Assembly (NCBI RefSeq): GCF_963676685.1
Contig: NC_092346.1
Coordinates: 98,580,001-98,644,000, forward strand
DNA: 64,000 bases
DNA from: Mytilus edulis
Lineage: Eukaryota
Direction of reading: 5' to 3'
Shown here: one piece after another, positions 55,275 through 64,000 of the stretch
Layout of the letters: each line of letters starts with the position of its first letter
Numbering within the stretch: position 1 is the stretch's first letter
Notes under the pieces: model-generated
What the model saw: the letters and a program-made list of their open reading frames with translations, nothing else
What the model was told of the DNA's origin: nothing
Databases searched by the model: none
Translations under genes and position numbers: made by a program

Positions 55275-57651
55275 TACATTGGCTAGAGGTATAGGGTAGG
55301 GTTGAGATCCAACTCCGCTGAATTTTTGTGCCTGTCCCAAGTAAAGAGCCTCTGGCCTTAATCTTAGTCTAATATGTTTTTTAGTTTTAGTTCATTTAAA
55401 TGATTTGGAGTTCAGTATGACGTCCATTTTCACTAAACCAGTACACAATTGAATTTAGGGTGGGTTTTTTTTTTTGCTGCGTTGAAGACCTATTGGACAC
55501 TGTTGGTTATTATCAGCTCTAAGGTCGGATTGTTGTTTTTTATCGACATATTCCCCATTTCCATTTTCAATTTTATGTTTCGTAACATAAGAAAACTGCA
55601 TACAAGGTATGCATCATTTTTATATTCTACCCACTGAAATATAAAGCTTTATTTAATCGTCAAATCAAAATACCAACGTCTCGTGTACAGGCAAGACAAA
55701 ACCAAGTAGTTTACTGCAATATACAACCTTTATGCAGTTATAGCATTAAAACACATCTCTGTATCATGAGAATGAATTAAATTTGCATTAAATATATTTG
55801 AAAAAGATACTGGTAAATGTTTGTGGTAATATTGCACTAACATCCATTTCAGCTACAGGTAAAGACTTTTAAGAGAAAACCCAGTTTCCAATGTACAGCT
55901 TGTCTGATTCAAACAACATGTACAGGCCAATTTATTAAACATCAAAATAGGTTAGAATGTCTTTATTATCGGTCATAAATAAATAAAAATGTGGCATCTC
56001 TACATATAGTTTATCGTAAAACCAATTATAACATATGCATTAAGTTCTCAATATTATGAATATACACACTCAATCTTCTGACTTCATTGTACTGACTTTT
56101 CTATAAATGATTTCTATATAGTAAGTTAGATTTAAGTGTTACACAAAAGTATACGTGTACTCAGTTACCCTTGATAACAGTGATTACATGTAATGATTAC
56201 AACAAATTGTATCTATAACAAATTATGGTCATTTAATCAATACATTTCAACAGATTTACCAATGCAAGCTTTCATAAAAATAGATAGTAGCTAACAAAAT
56301 GAGACAGAACTAGTACAATGATGAATCACATGAATTAAGCATGTTTCTAAATGGAATGACAGAGATGAGAAACACAAGGTTACATTAAATCAATGCTTTA
56401 GTACCCACTAGTCTTTGCTCTTATTAGTTAATAAACAGAGAAGCAACAAACACCATTTTTGAAGTCTTTTAGTTTGACACACAGGGATCAAACCCTCAAC
56501 CGCTCGTACTTGAGTTAAGCACCCTTTCATGAGACTACAAAAACATTCAAAACTTTGCATTGACCTTTTTGAATAATAACATCTTCTAAAGTTTTGAAAA
56601 TAAATTTCATTTGGCTCTTAGCAGTTCCATAGAAAAAGTGAATGAATTTCGTACATGGCTATTATGAGCTATTGGGTTACAAATTATAAAACTCCAGTAA
56701 ACAGGAAATTTAGGAGGGATGAATCTAAATGTTTATCACATGATATAGCATGCTCATATAAAGCTACATACCAAATTTCAGGGAGCTCTAATAATTACTT
56801 TCTGAGAAAAATTGGAATTCAAATTTCATAGGACAGAGGAACTGAACAGATGGAGACAGGGATCATGCAGTATACAAGTACTACCTTCGTCAGAGCAGGG
56901 GTATGAAGAAGTTTAACAGATATGACAATTATGCACATCTGAACTAATAAAATGGTGTCTTTTTTAATGATACTTATATATATATTTATATGTTCTCCAT
57001 TCAAAAGATATCCCCCTGAAAATTTGTTACCTTTATATAAAAATTTCCCCTCCTTCCAATTAAAGCAAAGCACCTCATCCCAAATATAAACAAAATAATA
57101 TTGATAAAAGAATTCTCTAACCCAAATCTACATATATAAGGTAATCAAGCTTACTTCTAAGTATCCCTTAATGTTCAACAATTCACCAAAATTTAACTGT
57201 GATATGTATCAGAGCTATTTTGGAAAAATTGTATGGGAAACCACATGATAATTTTGCATGTAATAGGGTGAACAAATGAAAATAAAAGTTATGGGGGGTG
57301 GTGTATAAAAATATGATGTCCAACCCCAACCTTCATTCCATACATTTTTTTATTCTGAAATAACCCTGACATGAATGACCCTACTTTTTTTGCCTATTCA
57401 AAACATCAGGTCTTAATTCCAACCAGAACTGCTTAAGTCAATATTGTCTTAATAAGAATATTTGAAATAAATTAGAAAAATAATACATCTTTTTCTTATA
57501 AAGAAGGATCTCTTCATTTTTTTTTCATTTTGAACCTTGCACTGGAATTTGGAGGACATAACATAGCATCGATATGTGGCATAACATAGGAATGATGATC
57601 ATAAACAATTAATAGCACTTTGGTCAATAAATTAAATTGCACAATCAATTA

Positions 57652-57733
57652 TCACATTGTAAAATGTCTTGTGTAGTCATATTCTATCGTTGGGATCACA
57701 GCTTGTACAAACTTCAAAAATATCATTAAATAT
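57652..57733 (-). CDS. ATG3: ATG3 terminal exon
   Basis: attag|[30 protein letters not shown]. Confidence 0.95.
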
Positions 57734-60700
57734 CTAATAATGGGTTAAGGAAATAAATTATCTTACCAAATATATAAACATGATCAATATATTGTACTGT
57801 GTAGGCTTGCTTTGTGCAAATGAAAGAGTAGCTGAAATTTTTAATATTAAATGTTTAGTATTTTGAAAATTAAACCAGTCTACATAAAACATTTTTAAAC
57901 TGATGAACATGTCTAAAGTAAATGATTAAACCAGAAACTTGTCCAACTAGAAGCAGTATTAATCAAAACCTGTATAAATAAAACTGTACTAGAACACACC
58001 CGTGATATCGCGGGTCCGTGACTGAATTAAAGTATATAAGTTTGCGCAAGCCTTATTTTAGTATTAGTATTTTCATCTGATAAAGTCGTACCGATTATAT
58101 GATACACAGTTTTCTCTGCTTTCAAATATTTCTGTTTGAACCCGTCGAACTGAAACTTATCAATTATTGGTAATATTAATTATTTGGAAAACAGGAGGTC
58201 CTGGAATGGAGTAATTTTAATCAACAGCATTGTCCTATATTAGTTATAAATAAAGTTATTTCATTGATTCACTGTTTTACGTCATGCCCGCTAACAAATT
58301 GAAAACTGTACCTATACGCCTTATTTTTAGTCCAGATTTTTAGTATTCGTATTGTTATCTTAGAAAGTCTTGCTGATTAAAATACTACAATAGGTAACAA
58401 TTTGACAATGATTGAATTTAGTAGTGTCAACCCTGTGATTATGACCCGTGTAAATGGCATAAATTCCTAAATACACCGTTTGGTGGTGCGCCTGCCAGAT
58501 GCAGAACGTACATATAAGGTAATAGGTAACAGGTGAATATACTATTGGTATCGGTATCGATTCGACCCGGAACTTCTTAATTATTGGCAATATTAATTAC
58601 GTGGAAAACAAAAGGGCCTGGAGTTGTGTAATTTTTTAATCTACACCTTTGTACTATATTAGTTATATATAAAGTTGTATTCTTTGATTCGTCGTTTTTA
58701 CGTGATGACGGCTGACAAATTGGACCTCGTTATTTTAGTATTATAGATATATATAGTCTGTATCATCTGAACTGGCACTGAATATTCTTTACTAATTTAA
58801 TTAAAATATACCTGGGTAAATATGATACATGTCTTTATAGAACATAAGGATTTATTTGAACAAATTTGACAAAATCAAAATAAAAGATAAAAACATAATG
58901 AAGAATTCATAATTTTAATAGAAACTATGTCTTTATGTAGTTGAAATTTAAGAGTTTCATTTTTAATAAATAGGGAAAAGATAATTTTGTCACATTAAAA
59001 TTTCTTAATCTTACCATTCTAAAGATAAGATGATTAAAGGATACACATGTACTTATTTATCTTACCCTACTGAATATAAGATGTGCAAACACGATTAGCA
59101 ATACACATGTACAACTTTATCTACCTACTAAATATAAGATGTGTAAACATGATTAGCGATACACATGTACAACTTTATCTACCTACTAAATATAAGACGT
59201 ATAAACATGATAAAGGATACACATGTACACCTAACTCTCCTCCGCCATCAGCTACCATCTGTATTATCTTTTTCATAACATCAGCATGTCTGAAAAGCAT
59301 AAATCACAAAACATAAAATGTGTCCATCCCATATGTCACGAACATTGTTATTATTTGTTTATATCTGCATGCATTTTGTGCTCTAAAGTATTTGATGTTG
59401 TTATTATGTCATTGGTCATCTCTTTATTATGTCATTGGTCATCTCTTTATTATGTCATTGGTCATCTCTTTTTTTTAAATTGAGAATGGAAATGGGGTTA
59501 ATGTATTTTCTGTGTAGCTTTTTTTATGTGTAAATGTAGTACACACCACATTCCTTTTATTAAGATCAAATAGATATAGGAAAATTACCTTTTTATATTC
59601 TATTCAGGTGTAATATCAAAAGAATCATCACTGGATGTTAACCAATCAAATTTTCACCTCTAGTTTAACTGTGTGCAAGCTTTATTAACCATGTAACCTT
59701 ATGTTTTCCAAATATTCTTTAGAAACCCCAAATAAAAAAATAATAATACTTTAAAATACCCAAGATATATGTTTATGACCCAGAAATGTTGTACTGCAAA
59801 GAAATGTAGGAATAATAACCTACAACTCTTAAATTCAAGGTAATTTTTTTTCGGACCTTTTTTCGTATGCAACGGGTTTGACGTTATATGACTTGGTGGT
59901 ATTACACATTCACATGGTCAAAATTTATGATTATTTCAATAGTTTACCTGCATGGATGAACTGATGCCATTGGTGGTCCTGGTAAATTTGGATGTGTCTC
60001 CATAGTAACTGTTTTCTTTGCATGATCTTGACTAAAATCTTCATACATTTGTTCTACTGTTAATGGTTTTCTATTCTGAAATTAATTAAATAATATTATT
60101 AATAATGAAATTCTTTATTTAAAAAAGGTAACTCATTTAACAATAACATAAACTATTAATACAAATAGAATGGAAAAAGATGTACACAAAAAAATTACAT
60201 AATACAGTTATATAAAGCAGCTTAAATATTGAATAAGCACATTGGCATTCAATAGAAGAAGAAAAAATATGTAAGAGTCAGGTATCTCAATTCTGTACTG
60301 TTGAAAAAATAATTTGAACATTTGATCTTAAAGTTGTCAAAATTATTTATTTCTTTAATATTATTTGTCAAATTAGTTCATGTATTTAGACCAGCATAAT
60401 TAAATGTTCTTTTAAAAATTTAATTTGATGTAAACTAAAAAGAAACTTATGAAACTATTCTTGCAGCAGGCTTTTGGAGCTTATGTATCCTTTCAAGAAG
60501 ACAGTTTGTGGTAATATCCCATACTGTACAAATGCTGTACAACACTAAGTTACATAATGTGCTATTGACATAATACAATATATATATGAGGTCAGCATAT
60601 TTCATATGGGACTAGAGCGAAGCTCAAATAACAATATCATATATTAAATATGAAATATGAAATACAAATTTGTCATATGTTATATTGAGGACTTACTTCA

Positions 60701-62747
60701 TCATAACCATATAGCCATAACCTAGGGGTTTGGTAATACTTGTCATATGTTATATTGAGGTCATAGGTTCTGGTCTGTAATATACCACTCTCTCCCCCAG
60801 GTTCTGAGTCTTGTCTGGAACACTTTTCAGGTTGTAATGTGGCCTGAAAGAAGTAAACATTATAAATAAAAAAATCTTCTATCTTAAACATCAAATGCCA
60901 TGGACTATTTTCTTGATCAAATCAACATGGCAACATAACTGAAAGCATAACTTAAAACTAAGTAACAATTCAACTAATAATGTGCTGCTATATGTGTTAC
61001 TGCATATATACTATTTTCATATTTCATTTATGAAACAAACTGTCTTTTTACTCCACCTCTTATTCATATAAATAAAATCATCTTCCTCCTTTTACACGAC
61101 ATTGTTTGACTGAAATCACACTCCTTCCCATTATAAGGTACAAATTTGCTCAATTTCTCTAGATCTTTAATCTGATAACTACATGGGACATCACCTTCCT
61201 TCTCTTGCCGCTTTGTTTAACTCCTCCCATTAATCAGATACTTACATTATCTTCCTCCTCTAAGATGCCACTTTGTTTAAATCCTCCCATTAATCAGATA
61301 CTTACATTATATTCCTCCTCTAAGATGCCGCTTTGTTTAACTCCTCCCATTAATAAGATACTTACATTATCTTCCTCCTCTAACATGACACTTTGTTTAA
61401 CTCCTCCCATTTATAAGCTACTAACATTATCTTCCTCCTCTAACATGCCACATTGTTTAACTATTCCCATTAATCAGATACTTACATTATCTTCCTCCTC
61501 TAACATTCCACTTTGTTTAACTCCTCCCATTAATCAGATACTTACATTATCTTCCTCCTCTAACATGCCACTTTGTTTAACTCATCCCATTCATCAGATA
61601 CTTACATTATCTTCCTCTTCTAACATGCCACTTTGTTTAACTCCTCCCATTAATCAGATACTTACATTATCTTCCTCCTCTAACATGCCACTTTGTTTAA
61701 CTCCTCCCATTAATAAGATACTTACATTATCTTCCTCCTCTAACATGCCACATTGTTTAACTCCTCCCATTAATGAGATACTTACATTATCTTCCTCCTC
61801 TAACATGCCACTTTGTTTAACTCCTCCCATTAATCAGATAATTACATTATCTTCCTCCTCTAAGATGCCGTTTTGTTTAACTCCTTCCATTAATCAGATA
61901 CTTACATTATCTTCCTCCTCTAACATGCCACTTTGTTTAACACCTCCCATTCATCAGATACTTACATTATATTTCTCCTCTAATATGCCACTTTGTTTAA
62001 CTCCTCCCATTAATCAGATAATTACATTATCTTCCTCCTCTAAGATGCCGCTTTGTTTAACTCCTCCCATTAATGAGATACTTACATTATCTTCCTCCTC
62101 TAACATGCCACTTTGTTTAACTCCTCCCATTCATCAGATACTTACATTATATTTCTCCTCTAATATGCCACTTTGTTTAACTCCTCCCATTAATCAGATA
62201 CTTACATTATCTTCCTCCTCTAACATGCCACTTTGTTTAACTCTCCCATTCATCAGATATTTACATTATATTTCTCCTCTAACATGCCACTTTGTTTAAT
62301 TCTTCCCATTCATCAGATACTTACATTATCTTCCTCCTCTAAGATGCCACTTTGTTTAACTCCTCCCATTAATCAGATACCTACATTATCTTCCTCCTCT
62401 AACATGCCACTTTGTTTAACTCCTCCCATTAATCAGATACCTACATTATCTTCCTCCTCTAACATGTCACTTTGTTTAACTCCTCCCATTAATCAGATAC
62501 TTACATTATCTTCCTCCTCTAACATGTCACTTTGTTTAACTCCTCCCATTAATCAGATACTTACATTATCTTCCTCCTCTAACATGCCACTTTGTTTAAC
62601 TCCTACCATTCATCAGATACTTACATTATCCTCCTCCTCTAACATGCCACTTTGTTCAAAATCTTCCATGTCCATAACATCTCCGTCGTCGTCATCATCG
62701 TCTCCATCATCATCATCATTGTCCTGATTACTGACCTTTTTACTGTC
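57652..62747 (-). CDS. ATG3: Ubiquitin-like-conjugating (E2-like) enzyme ATG3, last five coding exons; the 5' part lies beyond the window
   Basis: Spliced translation contains the acidic flexible region, [26 protein letters not shown], catalytic HPC and C-terminal [26 protein letters not shown]. Confidence 0.97.
57734..59220 (-). other. U12-type (minor spliceosome) GT-AG intron of ATG3
   Basis: 5' site GTATCCTTT (59220-59212). Branch site TTCCTTAAC (57752-57744) about 10 nt from the AG, with no polypyrimidine tract. Confidence 0.93.
57989..58747 (-). mobile_element. Non-autonomous Helitron
   Basis: Minus strand A|TC...CTAG|T termini, subterminal hairpin CCCGCGATATCACGGG (57999-58014), no TSD, internal direct repeat (~58140-58300 vs ~58565-58720). 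Confidence 0.8.
59030..59229 (-). repeat. ~58-60-bp tandem repeat built around the ATG3 U12 donor (4 copies of the junction)
   Basis: ATACACATGTAC at 59041, 59101, 59159 and 59217. Confidence 0.88.
59221..59289 (-). CDS. ATG3: ATG3 penultimate exon
   Basis: tttcag|[25 protein letters not shown]|GTATCCTTT. Confidence 0.93.
59403..59470. repeat. 22-bp tandem repeat, 3 copies
   Basis: TTATTATGTCATTGGTCATCTC. Confidence 0.9.
59948..60075 (-). CDS. ATG3: ATG3 exon containing the catalytic Cys
   Basis: tttcag|[44 protein letters not shown]|GTAAAC. Confidence 0.95.
60697..60843 (-). CDS. ATG3: ATG3 exon
   Basis: tttcag|ATLQPEKC...[29 protein letters not shown]|GTAAGT. Confidence 0.95.
61205..62656 (-). 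repeat. 60-bp minisatellite, 24 copies, derived from an ATG3 exon end and donor
   Basis: Minus-strand unit AACAAAGTGGCATGTTAGAGGAGGAAGATAAT|GTAAGTATCTGATTAATGGGAGGAGTTA. Confidence 0.97.
62625..62747 (-). CDS. ATG3: ATG3 exon (acidic region)
   Basis: tttaaag|[41 protein letters not shown]|GTAAGT. Confidence 0.88.
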
Positions 62748-63219
62748 CTTTAAATAATCAAATTATAATGCTTAATTCCTATGACTGAAAACCTGACTTA
62801 GTTAATTGTATCCTATGATGTTAAAAAAAAATCAGAATTTTTTAAGCAACAACTACATGATACGATTGATTGGATTATGTAATGCATCAGTTAGTCACAA
62901 GTTAGTTGAAGTGCCAACTCATTGACAAGGAGGTTTAATCAATTCAATTTCAATTCTTTATTACTTTAAGCACATTATGCTTATCAGTGCAATAAATACA
63001 AATACATTTTTATAACACAACATGACATAATACATCAGAGAAGCAAATAAATATCAAGTATTGACCAATAACAGTTCGGTCCTATGATTAAGTGCATTAA
63101 ACAAGAATTAACACAAATTATGCAAATCTTTTACATTTTCAGTGCTGAGAAGTTGCACTAATTTGAACAACGATGGACGTCTATAATAATAAATATGTCA
63201 TCCAAATCTCAGCTTTTCA

Positions 63220-64000
63220 AACATGGTTAAAACTTTTCAGTTAATCATAGATTTACAGTAGACCCTTGGAATGGGAACATGGTTAAAACTTTTCAGTTAA
63301 TCATAGATTTACAGTAGACCCTTGGAATGGGAACATGGTTAAAACTTTTCAGTTAATCATAGATGTACAGTAGACCCCTTGGAATGGAAACATGGTTAAA
63401 ACTTTTCAGTTTATCATAGATTTACAGTAGAACCCTTGGAATGGGAACATAGTTAAAACTTTTCAGTTAATCATAGATGTACAGTAGACCCCTTGGAATG
63501 GAAACATGGTTAAAACTTTTAAGTTGATCATAGATATACAGTAGAACCCTTGGAATGGGAACATGGTTAAAACTTTTCAGTTAATCATAGATGTACAGTA
63601 GACCCCTTGGAATGGAAACATGGTTAAAACTTTTAAGTTGATCATAGATATACAGTAGAACCCTTGGAATGGGAACATGATTAAAACTTTTCAGTTAATC
63701 ATAGATGTACAGTAGACCCCTTGGAATGGAAACATGGTTAAAACTTTTAAGTTGATCATAGATATACAGTAGAACCCTTGGAATGGGAACATGGTTAAAA
63801 CTTTTCAGTTAATCATAGATGTACAGTAGACCCCTTGGAATGAAAACATGGTTAAAACTTTTAAGTTGATCATAGATATACAGTAGAACCCTTGGAATGA
63901 AAACATGGTTAAAACTTTTCAGCTAATCATAGATTTACAGTAGACCCCTTGGAATGGAAACATGGTTAAAACTTTGCAGTTAATCATAGATTTAGAGTAC
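63220..64000. repeat. 56/57-bp minisatellite, about 14 copies, running off the window (ATG3 intron)
   Basis: ACATGGTTAAAACTTTTCAGTTAATCATAGATTTACAGTAGACCCTTGGAATGGGA. Confidence 0.95.

Noticed and set aside
45400-57600. Possible additional gene between the LINE and ATG3
   Set aside because: Only short AT-rich ORFs and repeats; no spliceable coding chain found by eye, though a small or non-coding gene cannot be excluded.
61205-62727. 364-aa and 164-aa plus-strand ORFs ([19 protein letters not shown] repeats)
   Set aside because: By-product of a 60-bp tandem repeat antisense to an ATG3 intron and exon; no evidence of a protein.
61205-64000. Regular arrays resembling CRISPR
   Set aside because: Units are contiguous with no unique spacers, there are no cas genes, and the context is eukaryotic intron.

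Overview
AT-rich, intron-rich animal genomic DNA, most likely a bivalve such as Mytilus (inferred from repeat families and minimal hammerhead-ribozyme repeats, not verified). Two minus-strand genes were reconstructed by hand from splice sites. (1) A 23-coding-exon gene (34558->6825, about 2,057 aa) encodes a secreted protein with about 28 chitin-binding type-2 (CBM14/peritrophin-A)-like modules. It is built from strictly alternating 6-Cys 'A' and linker+4-Cys 'B' exons, all phase 1-1. (2) The last five coding exons of ATG3 (62747->57652), whose final intron is a U12-type GT-AG intron holding a Helitron. Intergenic and intronic DNA holds a 5'-truncated LINE, Penelope-like RT fragments, several non-autonomous DNA transposons, minisatellites and minimal type-I hammerhead ribozymes (retrozyme-like repeats). 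The most unusual pattern is that five separate exons have their 3' end plus 5' splice site tandemly duplicated into the downstream intron. These include a 24-copy 60-bp array in ATG3 and a duplicated U12 donor.
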